DNA of 62,414 bases, the filler included, from Candidatus Delongbacteria bacterium (lineage in GTDB: Bacteria; UBA4055), in assembly GCA_016937995.1 (NCBI GenBank). It is 3 parts of 3 records of this genome, joined end to end, with 100 filler letters (N's around TTAATTAATTAA, not from the genome) between each part and the next. Parts side by side here need not be neighbours in the genome. Positions count along the whole stretch, not along the records: positions 1 to 27,104 come from JAFGVM010000087.1; 2 more parts are not named here. One strand, 5' to 3'. Below, piece after piece: positions 1 to 9,804 of the stretch (its first letter is position 1; each line of letters begins with the position of its first letter). The notes below the pieces were generated by a model. The model saw nothing but the letters and a program-made list of their open reading frames with translations. It did not search any database and had not been told where the DNA came from. A program made the translations under genes and the position numbers.

Positions 1-1
1 G

Positions 2-154
2 GGTAGAACTGTTGCTAAACTGGTTGACGGAAACCTTTCTAAAGGTTCTCACAAAGTATCTTTCGATGCTTCTAACCTGGTAAGTGGTGTTTATTACTAC
101 AACCTAAAATCAGGTAACGTGAACCAAACTAAGAAAATGATGCTTATCAAATAA
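2..154 (+). CDS. 3' end of a secreted protein with a T9SS/Por-type C-terminal sorting domain (partial)
   Basis: Frame 2 reads GRTVAKLVDGNLSKGSHKVSFDASNLVSGVYYYNLKSGNVNQTKKMMLIK*, the same C-terminal domain as other cargo proteins in the window. Confidence 0.85.
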   Translation, partial: GRTVAKLVDGNLSKGSHKVSFDASNLVSGVYYYNLKSGNVNQTKKMMLIK

Positions 155-177
155 TTTCACAACATTTTCTTTACCAT

Positions 178-208
178 AAAGCCCGGCATTCTTGTCGGGT
201 TTTTTTTT
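178..208 (+). terminator. Rho-independent terminator
   Basis: AAAGCCCGGCA-TTCT-TGTCGGGTTT hairpin followed by a T run, just after the stop codon. Confidence 0.85.
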
Positions 209-209
209 C

Positions 210-238
210 TTTACTAAGATATTATTAATTTGTATTTT
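210..238 (+). promoter_or_regulatory. Putative sigma70 promoter
   Basis: TTTACT-17 nt-TATTTT; the same arrangement recurs at 4228-4256. Confidence 0.45.
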
Positions 239-276
239 ATCCCTGAAAAGAAATCTATCTAATTAATGGAGGAAGT

Positions 277-3200
277 TTGATGAGGAAAATTTTAGCCCTG
301 ATGTTGGCACTGTTTGCTGCAAGCATCTTTGCTGCTGACTGGCATTCCAATGCAGAAAGAATGGAAATTAAACCAAGAATTGCAAGCAAGGATACAGTTT
401 GGTATAGTTATGCGCAATCCGGCTCTGGATGGGTAATGCAGGTTCCGATGGAAAGAGCAACGTATTATCAAATTGATGATTTTACAATTGAGTATCCCTC
501 GATTCTTCATGGTGTTGACACTTATCTTTTTGACATCGGAGAAGAATTCACTTACAAAGTTTACGCTAAGGATGGTGTAACATTATTATGGGAATCTGCT
601 GTTGTTTCTTCTGTGGAAGGATATAACGAAGTGCTACTTGACACACCGATCGTTATGACAGATGATTTCTGGCTTTCAATTGCTCCCGTAACCGGAGGAT
701 ATCCAAGACAGTTCGCTCAGGACCAGGTTGAACCTTGTCACAGTTATTTAAGTGACGGTGCAGGTGGATGGGATCAATGGACTGCTACAGGTGGTAAATA
801 CTACGAAAATTTCAATTATGTATACCTGGAGCCTTACTCAGGTGCAGATATTTATCCTCCGAATGCAAGAGACTTAACCGGAACTGATTGCTTTCAGGAC
901 TTTGATATGAACCTTACTCTCACAGTTCATGATCAGAATCCGGTGACTTCACCAATGTCCTCCCAATATTCTCTTGACGGCGGATCAACATGGACTGATT
1001 TCAATATGATCTCAGCTAAAGGCAGTTATACATTTACTGGTACTATCCCCGGTCAGCCCGATGGAACAACCGGGATTGTAAAGTTCAATCTGGATGATGG
1101 GATCAATACACCAGTATGGTCAAATAACTACAATATCATGTGGTCTAAAGACCTGCCTTTATTTGTTGAGGATTTTGAAAATACTTCTTTCCCTCCAAGT
1201 GGATGGACATTAGTTACAACAGGAGCTGGCTGGGTCGAAGGTTCACCTGTTACCGGAGGATTTGCTCATAGTGGTTCAAAGTCAGCTACTCATTTGGATG
1301 ATAGCGGTGCACAGGATGACTGGTTAATAACTCCTGTGATATCTATTCCTCCTGATCCTTCTGCTACTTTAAATTTCTGGGAAACTGTTTATTGGACACA
1401 GTATATGAACGGTATTAATGAGATCTGTGTAACGGTAGATGGCGGAGCAACTTTTACTCAGATATGGGCTGAAGATGCAGCATTTGTGGCTGCAAATATA
1501 ATTGATGGTGATTTCTATTACAGATCAGCGACATTGTCGGCTTATGCCGGCCAGGATATTCAATTAGGTTTCCATTATACAGGTGATTACGGTTGCCAAT
1601 GGTATATAGATGATATAGAGGTTCTTTATGATTATGAAGCTCCTTCTATAACTTCAATTATTGCAAATGAAGCTCTATCCCCGGTTGTGGGTGCATATCT
1701 TAATAATGATATGTTGATAATACTCGATATTTATGACGTTACCGGAGTAGCTTCAGTTGTTGGACATTATACATTTGACGGTGGAACTACTATAGTTGAT
1801 GTGGATTTTTCTCAGTCAAAAGGTGGAACTGAATACTGGACAGGAACTATCCCGGCAATGGCTTCAGTATCTTCAGGAACAATAAATTTTGATCTTACTG
1901 ATATTGGAGGTTTATCAGGCACGAGTACGGATTATAACATTGAATTCGTATATGATGACGGAATACCTGTAATTAATCTATTCGATTATGGAGATCCGGT
2001 ATTTGTGACTGATGACATGAATTTAAAACTATACTTTTCTGACGAATCCGCAATATCTAGTTGTACGGGTTATTACAGTAAAGATGATTTTGCAACTTCA
2101 GTTCCTGTAACAATGACTCCTTCAAAAATCAATGATTATATGTATGTATGAATTATTCCGGCTGAGGCTACCGAAACTTTCGCAGAAGTTGCTTTCTCAG
2201 TAGCTGATGTTGAAGGTAATATCACAAACTCTGAAGAATATCAGGTCAAATGGCTTGACGGAGCTATAGTTTTCTTTGATGATTTTGATGCTAACTATGA
2301 TCCTGCTAACTGGATATATCCTTCAGGAACAACATGGGCTGTAACTGATGAAACTTCTTATTCTCCTACTCATTCAATGACAGATAGTCCCGGAGGCAAC
2401 TATGATGATCAGGTAATAAGTTCATTATGGACTAAAGCTATTGATCTAAGTAGTGCAGAAGCAGCTACAATGTTCTTTTGGGCAAAGATAGATCTTGAAA
2501 AAGATTTTGATTATGTTTATCTGCAGGCTACACCTGATAACGGTATGACATGGATACAGGTCGCTGTATTTAACGGAGAAGGTGGTGACTGGGAATTCCA
2601 GACAATTAATCTTGGTGCTTTGGCACATGAGGCAGCAGTTCAATTCAGATTCTATTTTGTTTCTGATCTTTATGTCACAACTGATGGTATGCATATAGAC
2701 GATATTAAAATTGCTTCTTATAATCAGGACTATTCATGGCCAATTCCTTACTATGAGACAGGTCCTTTAGTTGTTGGTACTGATCCGTATGTAGTGACTG
2801 TAGATCTTCAAGATCCTTCTGGAATCAGTGAAAGTAAGCTTATATATTCTGTTGATGGTGGACCTGAAATGGAAGTAATATCTGACCCTGCATCCGGTGC
2901 TAGTGGTATGTACTCATACACGATACCTGCTCAAGCACCTTACTCAAGAGTATCATATAAAATTACAGCGTTTGATAATTCGCCTTATCTTAATTACATG
3001 GAAACTAAAAACTATGAGATAATCTTCGGTAATTACCTATATTATGAGAATGGAGATGAATATACAGATTATCTTGATATCATAGGTTCTGATGTAACTG
3101 CTTCGGCTTACGCTATCGCAAAACGAATTACAATGGGACCACTTGAAACAAAAGACCATTACAAAGCGGATCTTGTTGGATTCACAATTGCAAATTACAT

Positions 3201-4161
3201 ATCTGAAGAATACCCTAGTGACCCGTTATATGCTCATGTGTGGGAAGATACAGGTAACGGACCTGGAGAAGACCTCATACCACCAATTTACATGGTGCAA
3301 GGTGCAACGTTAGAAGATTCGTATGCTCTTACATGGGTCGATCTAACATCATATTCGGCTGAATTGTCTGATCTTGAAGGTGATGTGTATGTGGGTTATA
3401 CTTCAGCCGGAACTGCTACTAATATACTTTATGAAGTTGTTTCCAGTCATACAGGAGAACCGGGTTATACTGCTTTTAAAAGATCTTGGTTGGGTATTGG
3501 AAATGATGCAGGTGTAGTATGGTCTCTTGATCAGGCAAATGTATACCATATCAGTGCAATTACCGGACCTTATACACTGGTCGATGCACCATTAGCTCCT
3601 CTTGGGCTGACGGGTAGAGGCGGTGAAGGCAACATTATCTTAGAATGGATCCCTGGAGTTGAAGATGATATTGACTACTATAATGTATATAGAGGTCTTA
3701 CAGAGGATTTTACTATCGGAACTCCAATAGGAACTGTTCTGGCTACTGATCCAGCTACTTATGTAGATGTTGCTCCTACAGGAACTATTGATGGTTATTA
3801 TTATTATAAAGTTACTGCTGTTGATGTTGATTCGAACGAAGGATCTGCTTCTAAAGAAGTAAAAATCAATCCAACAGGTATAGATGGTAATATTCCTTTA
3901 ATTACAGCTCTGGAGCAGAACTACCCAAATCCATTCAATCCTGTTACTACTATTAATTTCAGTACAGCAGTTGAAGGAAATGTTAATTTAACTGTTTACA
4001 ATACTGCAGGTGCGGTTGTTGCAAAATTAGTTGATGGAAGAATGGACAGAGGTTATCATTCTGTTGAATTTAACGCTTCAAGTTTAGTAAGTGGTATCTA
4101 TTACTATTCTATGAAACTCAATGATAAAGTGTTCACACACAAAATGATGCTTCTTAAATAA
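277..4161 (+). pseudogene. Large (~1294 codon) secreted multi-domain protein (Ig-like repeats, cleaved-adhesin/MAM-like and FN3-like domains, T9SS-type CTD) interrupted by one in-frame TGA at 2149-2151
   Basis: ORFs 277-2151 and 2377-4161 are in the same frame and 2152-2376 is open (IIPAEATETFAEVAFSVAD...). Signal peptide on the first part, NYPNPFNP...KMMLLK on the second. GGAGG RBS upstream (ATG at 280 is the likely start). Confidence 0.8.
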
Positions 4162-4178
4162 TACTTGCTTTAATAATG

Positions 4179-4211
4179 AAAAAGCCCGGCATACTTGTCG
4201 GGTTTTTTTTT
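4179..4211 (+). terminator. Rho-independent terminator
   Basis: AAAAAGCCCGGCA-TACT-TGTCGGGTTTTTTTTT, near-identical to 178-208. Confidence 0.85.
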
Positions 4212-4227
4212 ACTTTTGAAAAATATC

Positions 4228-4256
4228 TTTACTAAAAACCAATAATTTTGTATTTT
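4228..4256 (+). promoter_or_regulatory. Putative sigma70 promoter of leuS
   Basis: TTTACT-17 nt-TATTTT, ending 37 nt before the leuS ATG. Confidence 0.45.
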
Positions 4257-4293
4257 ATGCACGCTTGATAAACATTAATAAAAAGGTAAGATT

Positions 4294-6753
4294 ATGGCAT
4301 ATCCATTTAAAGAGATAGAAAAGAAGTGGAGAAAATATTGGGAGGATAATAAGATCTATTCTACTGATATGAACTCAGATAAACCAAAATATTATAACTT
4401 ATGTATGTTTCCTTATCCATCCGGAGATAAATTACATCTTGGGCATTGGTTTAATTACGGTCCATTTGATGCACATTCCAGATTTATGAAAATGAGAGGA
4501 TATAATGTTTTATCACCTGTCGGTTATGATTCATTCGGCCTTCCAACAGAAAATTACTCATTAAAAAACAATATACATCCGGCTGAAGCAACAGAGATCA
4601 ATATTAAAAAATTTACAGAACAGTATAAGGGCATTGGTGGAATGTATGACTGGGATCATTATCTAGCGACCAGTGACCCTTCATATTATAAATGGACTCA
4701 ATGGCTATTCCTTACATTATACAAGAATGAACTGGCTTATCAATCTGATGGTATGATCAATTATTGTCCTGAATGTGCAACCGTAGTTGCGAACTCTGAA
4801 GTATTTGCTGATGGATCTCACGAACGTTGTGGTACAATTATTGAGAAAAAATCAATAAAAAGCTGGTATTTCAAAACTACGAAATATGCTCAAAGACTTT
4901 TAGACGACCTTGATAAAACTGATTATCCTGATAAAACAAGATTAATGCAGACTAACTGGATAGGCAGATCTGAAGGTGCTATTATAAATTTCAAAGTTGT
5001 TAATACAGATAAGTCATTTGATGTTTTTACAACAAGACCTGATACACTTTACGGAGCAACCTATTGTACATTAGCCCCTGAATCACCTCTGGTAATGGAT
5101 ATCGTGACCGATGATCAAAAAGAAGATGTATTAAATTACATTGAGTCAATAAAATCTTTATCTGAAATTGACAGACAGTCAACGGTTAGAGAGAAAACAG
5201 GTGCGTTCACAGGAGCTTATGCAGTCAATCCTATTAATGGTAATGAAATACCTGTATGGATCTCTGATTATGTTCTGTTATCTTACGGTACCGGTGCTGT
5301 TATGGCTGTTCCAGCCCATGATACTAGAGATTTTGAATTTGCTGCAAAATTCAATATTCCTTTAAAAGTAGTGATCAAACCTTTCGATAGAGAATTGAAT
5401 GATAATAATATCACAGAAGCTTATACCGAAGAAGGTATAATGGTTAATTCTGCTGAGTTTACAGGTATTAACTCAAAGGAAGGCATTACTAAGGTAACTG
5501 AAAAACTTGCTTCTGAAGGAAACGGAAAGAAGCATATTTCTTATAAACTAAGAGACTGGTCAATATCAAGACAGAGATATTGGGGAGTTCCAATTCCTAT
5601 TATCTACTGTGATGATTGTGGAACGGTCCCGGTTCCTGAAAAGGATCTGCCTGTATTACTTCCTATGGATAAGAACATGGATATTAAACCTAAAGGCCAT
5701 GCTCCTCTATCACTGGTTGATTCATATATGAATACTACATGTCCAAAATGCGGTAAACCTGCTAAAAGAGATCCTGAGACTATGGATACTTTTGTATGTT
5801 CAAGCTGGTATTATTTAAGATATGTTAACACAAAGCTTGACAATAAACCTTTTGACAAGGATGAACTTTCCAAATGGATGCCCGTAGATGCATATATAGG
5901 TGGAACTGAGCACGTTAACGGACACATGATATATTCCAGATTTGTAACTAAAGCTCTTTTCGATCTTGGATACCTAACCTTTGATGAACCATTCTATAAA
6001 GTAATTCATCAGGGCATGATCACCAGGGATGGTGGAAAAATGTCTAAGAGTAAAGGTAATGTTGTATCTCCTGATGAATTTGTTGATCAGTATGGTACTG
6101 ATGTTTTCAGATTATATATGATGTTCATGACAAATTTCAGAGATGGTGGTGACTGGTCTGACGATGGAATTGCGGGTGTTGACAGATTTGTGAACAGGAT
6201 CTGGCGTTTAGTTTACGAAAATGATATTAAGAACACGGGTAATAAAGTTATTGATGCAGATCTTAATTACAGGTTAAACTATACTATCAAGGAAGTTACC
6301 TCAAGTGTAGAGGATTTCTATTTCAACACATCTATAGCAAGATTAATGGAGCTGTTCAATGAGTTGTCGGCTTACCAGAAAGATGAAAAGAGATTTAATC
6401 CTGATTTCTACAATGAAGTGGTCGAGAAATTTATCATTATGCTTTCTCCGTTCACTCCGCATATCGCGGAAGAACTTTGGGAGATATTTGGGAACAAACC
6501 ATCTTTATTCAACGCACCATGGCCTCAGTTTGATCAGAGTGCAATGGTAAAGCAAAACCAGACAATCACAGTTCAGGTAAATGGGAAAGTAAGAGCGAAC
6601 ATTGAAGCTCCTGTTGATATTGATGACGAGGCGATAAAAGAACTTGTTTTTAATGATGAAAAGGTAATAGCTCACATGAGTGGTAAACAACTTGTTAAAA
6701 CAATTGTAATAAACGCGAAATCAGGTAAAATGGTTAATCTGGTTTTAAGATAA
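4294..6753 (+). CDS. leuS: Leucine--tRNA ligase
   Basis: MFPYPSG..LHLGH (HIGH), KMSKSKGN, FTTRPDT and GTGAVMAVPAHD editing-domain motifs, QVNGKVR C-terminus. Confidence 0.98.
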   Translation: MAYPFKEIEKKWRKYWEDNKIYSTDMNSDKPKYYNLCMFPYPSGDKLHLGHWFNYGPFDAHSRFMKMRGYNVLSPVGYDSFGLPTENYSLKNNIHPAEATEINIKKFTEQYKGIGGMYDWDHYLATSDPSYYKWTQWLFLTLYKNELAYQSDGMINYCPECATVVANSEVFADGSHERCGTIIEKKSIKSWYFKTTKYAQRLLDDLDKTDYPDKTRLMQTNWIGRSEGAIINFKVVNTDKSFDVFTTRPDTLYGATYCTLAPESPLVMDIVTDDQKEDVLNYIESIKSLSEIDRQSTVREKTGAFTGAYAVNPINGNEIPVWISDYVLLSYGTGAVMAVPAHDTRDFEFAAKFNIPLKVVIKPFDRELNDNNITEAYTEEGIMVNSAEFTGINSKEGITKVTEKLASEGNGKKHISYKLRDWSISRQRYWGVPIPIIYCDDCGTVPVPEKDLPVLLPMDKNMDIKPKGHAPLSLVDSYMNTTCPKCGKPAKRDPETMDTFVCSSWYYLRYVNTKLDNKPFDKDELSKWMPVDAYIGGTEHVNGHMIYSRFVTKALFDLGYLTFDEPFYKVIHQGMITRDGGKMSKSKGNVVSPDEFVDQYGTDVFRLYMMFMTNFRDGGDWSDDGIAGVDRFVNRIWRLVYENDIKNTGNKVIDADLNYRLNYTIKEVTSSVEDFYFNTSIARLMELFNELSAYQKDEKRFNPDFYNEVVEKFIIMLSPFTPHIAEELWEIFGNKPSLFNAPWPQFDQSAMVKQNQTITVQVNGKVRANIEAPVDIDDEAIKELVFNDEKVIAHMSGKQLVKTIVINAKSGKMVNLVLR

Positions 6754-6774
6754 TTTCAAAAATGTTATCAAACG

Positions 6775-6804
6775 AAAAAAGACGCTTTGAAGCGTCTTTT
6801 TTTT
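6775..6804. terminator. Bidirectional terminator
   Basis: AAAAAAGACGCT-TTGA-AGCGTCTTTTTT between convergent genes. Confidence 0.85.
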
Positions 6805-7543
6805 ATACTTCGGTACTTTCTATTTTATTAGAAACTTTATTTAAGCAATATCTCGATGATATTAATATTATAAAATATACTGAAAATACCGAGACGTAGG
6901 TAATATTGGACAGATCGTAATATTTTATGGAATACGCAGTTCCATAAATGTAAATGATCGGTAAAATTATAGTGATAATCGCCACCATCAGGCTTATCCC
7001 GCTTATAAATGTTAAAGCCAGCAACTTTTTAACTCCAAGTATAAAACCGTTATAATGGAAAGAATTATCCAGAACGAAATATGAGCTGAAAACAGTGATA
7101 CTCATAGTAGTGAATAATAATACAAAAGAACAATAAAATAAAAACCTCATTTCAATACTGTCCTGAAATCTGTTTAATAATACAAAAGTCCAGTAAAAAG
7201 GCTGAGTTATTAATACTAATGTCAAATTTGTCAATAATACTTTACTCTTAATAAATTTTTTAACTCCGGATGTAGTTGATCTCGCAAATAAAAAATTCTC
7301 TTTTTCCTTTGTGAACTGATTTATTGTTTGTAAAAAATTGGATAAGAAAACGAGTGTGAAAATAATGATCATAATTTTACTTAAAAATATATACACTCCC
7401 TCAGGAGAGTTCAAATATATTTTCATTAATGTATTTGTACTGGTATAATAAATTAAGATCATCTGGAAGATCAAAATAAAGATCAGGCTTAGAACTGCAT
7501 ACTTGTCCTTAAGTAGTAATTTTATATCTTTTAATATCAACAA
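6803..7543 (-). CDS. Multi-pass membrane protein, probable ABC-2-type permease
   Basis: About six hydrophobic segments; directly follows an ABC ATPase. Confidence 0.55.
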   Translation of the reverse strand: MLILKDIKLLLKDKYAVLSLIFILIFQMILIYYTSTNTLMKIYLNSPEGVYIFLSKIMIIIFTLVFLSNFLQTINQFTKEKENFLFARSTTSGVKKFIKSKVLLTNLTLVLITQPFYWTFVLLNRFQDSIEMRFLFYCSFVLLFTTMSITVFSSYFVLDNSFHYNGFILGVKKLLALTFISGISLMVAIITIILPIIYIYGTAYSIKYYDLSNITYVSVFSVYFIILISSRYCLNKVSNKIESTEV

Positions 7544-7558
7544 AACAGTACCAGCCTT

Positions 7559-8197
7559 TTATGTATCCAAAGAACCATCTTTGATGTGGAGATTTTCTTT
7601 TATAGTAAGTTCTTTTATGTATTGCAGATGAGATGATGTAAAAATGATCGTAACTTCCCGCTCTGATAAGACCGTAAATATACTCTTTATAATATCTATA
7701 TCTCCAGAACCCAGTCCGGTAAACAATTCATCGATAATTAAAATAGACGGTGAGTGCAATAATGATAGAAATAATTTAATAAATTGTAGTTCGCCGGTAG
7801 AGAATGAGAATATTTTTCTTCGAAGATCACTGTTTATTTTAAAATACTGATCGAACCAGCTGATCTTGGCATTGATCTCATTATTATTTATCTTAAACTC
7901 TGATGCGAGAAATTTTATATGATCGTTAAGAGTCAGACCATCATAAAGAACATTTGTACTTGGAATATATGACAATAGTTTTTTCTGGTAACTTTCCAGG
8001 CTCACCATACCATATTCAATTTGACCATCATATTTTTTATGAATACCTGAAAGGATCTTGGTCAGAAGTGTTTTTCCTGAACCTACACCTCCATAAATAC
8101 CAATGATATCTCCCTTTGAAATATCTAATTCAGCACATTTTATGCTAAAATCACCGAATTGTTTATATATCTTGTTCAGATTTCTAATTTTAATCAT
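7559..8197 (-). CDS. ABC transporter ATP-binding protein (divergent)
   Basis: Walker A GGVGSGKT, signature-like FSTGE, Walker B LIIDE, H-loop SSH. Confidence 0.85.
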   Translation of the reverse strand: MIKIRNLNKIYKQFGDFSIKCAELDISKGDIIGIYGGVGSGKTLLTKILSGIHKKYDGQIEYGMVSLESYQKKLLSYIPSTNVLYDGLTLNDHIKFLASEFKINNNEINAKISWFDQYFKINSDLRRKIFSFSTGELQFIKLFLSLLHSPSILIIDELFTGLGSGDIDIIKSIFTVLSEREVTIIFTSSHLQYIKELTIKENLHIKDGSLDT

Positions 8198-8600
8198 TGT
8201 TCATGTACTTGTATTTATTCAATATCCTTCTTTCTTTTTTGTTCGGCTTGCCTTTCATTTTAGCTTCTTTCAGGTCAAGGGCATTTTGCTCATCGATGAT
8301 CTTTGTAAGTTCGGTCGTTTTTTTGGACGGTTCAGGTTTGTTCAGCTCCTCATACAAACCTTTTGCAAGTTCTGCACTGATCGATCTCTCTGAAATTCCT
8401 ATGATCTTATAGTCTGAGTATTTTGAAGCTTTCTTAATGGTTAGAATATCACCTATCTTTATTATTTTGGATGGTTTTACCCTTTCACCATTAACTTTTA
8501 CTTTTGCACTCTCAACAGCATCTGCAGCAGCAACTCTCTGCTTATAGAATCTTGCTATCTTAAGCCATTTATCTATTCGTAATGATTGTAGATCTGTCAT
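8190..8600 (-). CDS. hslR: Ribosome-associated heat shock protein Hsp15 (S4 domain)
   Basis: RIDKWL..ARFYKQR..A, KPSK, C-terminal GKPNKKERR. Confidence 0.85.
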   Translation of the reverse strand: MTDLQSLRIDKWLKIARFYKQRVAAADAVESAKVKVNGERVKPSKIIKIGDILTIKKASKYSDYKIIGISERSISAELAKGLYEELNKPEPSKKTTELTKIIDEQNALDLKEAKMKGKPNKKERRILNKYKYMNND

Positions 8601-8606
8601 TATTTA

Positions 8607-9662
8607 TTATTCCAAGGGTTTTAAATTTTCTTTTCCGGTCAATCCCATGATCATTTCAACAAGAAGATCGATCTCCTTATCAATTTCCTTAAGGCTTACA
8701 GTTTCTACAGGAGAATGCATATACCTGATAGGGAGAGATACACAGGCAACAGGTACTCCGTCACCTGTATATTTTATTCTGTCTGCATCTGTACCTGTTC
8801 TTTCAGGTGTAAGTTCATACTGTAATTCCATCTTTAATTTCTTTGCGGCTTTTTCCAGATATGTATTTATCTTTGAATTTATCGGAGCACCTTTTGCAAG
8901 AACAGGTCCGCCTTCCAGAGAATAGTCACCATATTTTGAAGTATTTACACCGGGATAATCGGTAGCAAAAGTTACATCACATGCAATAGCCATATCAGGT
9001 TTAATGACAGCTCCGGCCGAATATGCTCCTTGAAGACCTGCTTCCTCACTAACTGTACTAACAGCGTATACACCGACCTTGGGTTTTTTCTTTGCTAATT
9101 TTTTAATTACTTCGGCTACAATGAAACTTCCGGTCTTATCATCCATACCTTTACATGAAATTCTATCATTTCTCAATTCAAGTATTCCTGATCTATAAAC
9201 AGCAAAATCTCCGATCTGAACCATTTTAGATATTTCTTTTTTAGTCTTTGCACCGCAATCAATGAAAAGGTCCTCATAACTGATCTTTTCTTTTAATCCT
9301 CCATGATGCTCAGCATTAACACCTATAACTCCGGATATTTTTCCCCCGTGACCGAATACATCAACCTGCATTCCTGGTGCTATTTTAGCGTTAATGCCAC
9401 CTACAGAAGTAAACAGCAGATAACCGTCATCATCGATCTTATTTATAATAAATCCGATCTCATCACAATGACCTGCAAGTAAAACTCTGAATTTAGCTTT
9501 AGGGTTAATAATTGCTATTGCATTTCCCATGATATCAGATTCAACTTTATCTGCAAATTGCTTTGTATACTTCATCCATTTTAGTTGTATTTCTTTTTCC
9601 ATTCCAGAAGGAGAAGGAGTATTTAAAAGTTCGCATAGAAAATTCTTTGAAGACTTGTTCAT
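8607..9662 (-). CDS. M42 family metallo-aminopeptidase
   Basis: PSPSGME, GHCDEIG, DDKTG, EEAG, DVT, GTDAD and RYMHSP motifs. Confidence 0.92.
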   Translation of the reverse strand: MNKSSKNFLCELLNTPSPSGMEKEIQLKWMKYTKQFADKVESDIMGNAIAIINPKAKFRVLLAGHCDEIGFIINKIDDDGYLLFTSVGGINAKIAPGMQVDVFGHGGKISGVIGVNAEHHGGLKEKISYEDLFIDCGAKTKKEISKMVQIGDFAVYRSGILELRNDRISCKGMDDKTGSFIVAEVIKKLAKKKPKVGVYAVSTVSEEAGLQGAYSAGAVIKPDMAIACDVTFATDYPGVNTSKYGDYSLEGGPVLAKGAPINSKINTYLEKAAKKLKMELQYELTPERTGTDADRIKYTGDGVPVACVSLPIRYMHSPVETVSLKEIDKEIDLLVEMIMGLTGKENLKPLE

Positions 9663-9746
9663 ATATTACCTCACATTTATTAAACAGCTAAGGCTTCAAT
9701 ATATCTTTTTGAAATAAATTTTGCAACGATAATTTATTAGCATAAT

Positions 9747-9778
9747 TTTTAGGGTCACGATGAATCGTGCCCCTAAAA
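9747..9778. repeat. REP-like palindrome / possible terminator
   Basis: TTTTAGGGTCACGATGAATCGTGCCCCTAAAA hairpin, GTAG-REP-like. Confidence 0.55.
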
Positions 9779-9804
9779 GTCAACATATTTGTAACGGTAT
9801 TATT

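Noticed and set aside
2149-2200. Selenocysteine or genome-wide UGA=Gly recoding at the TGA in the large cargo gene
   Set aside because: The position aligns with Gly, with no redox motif and no good hairpin; TGA acts as a normal stop in overlapping gene pairs elsewhere
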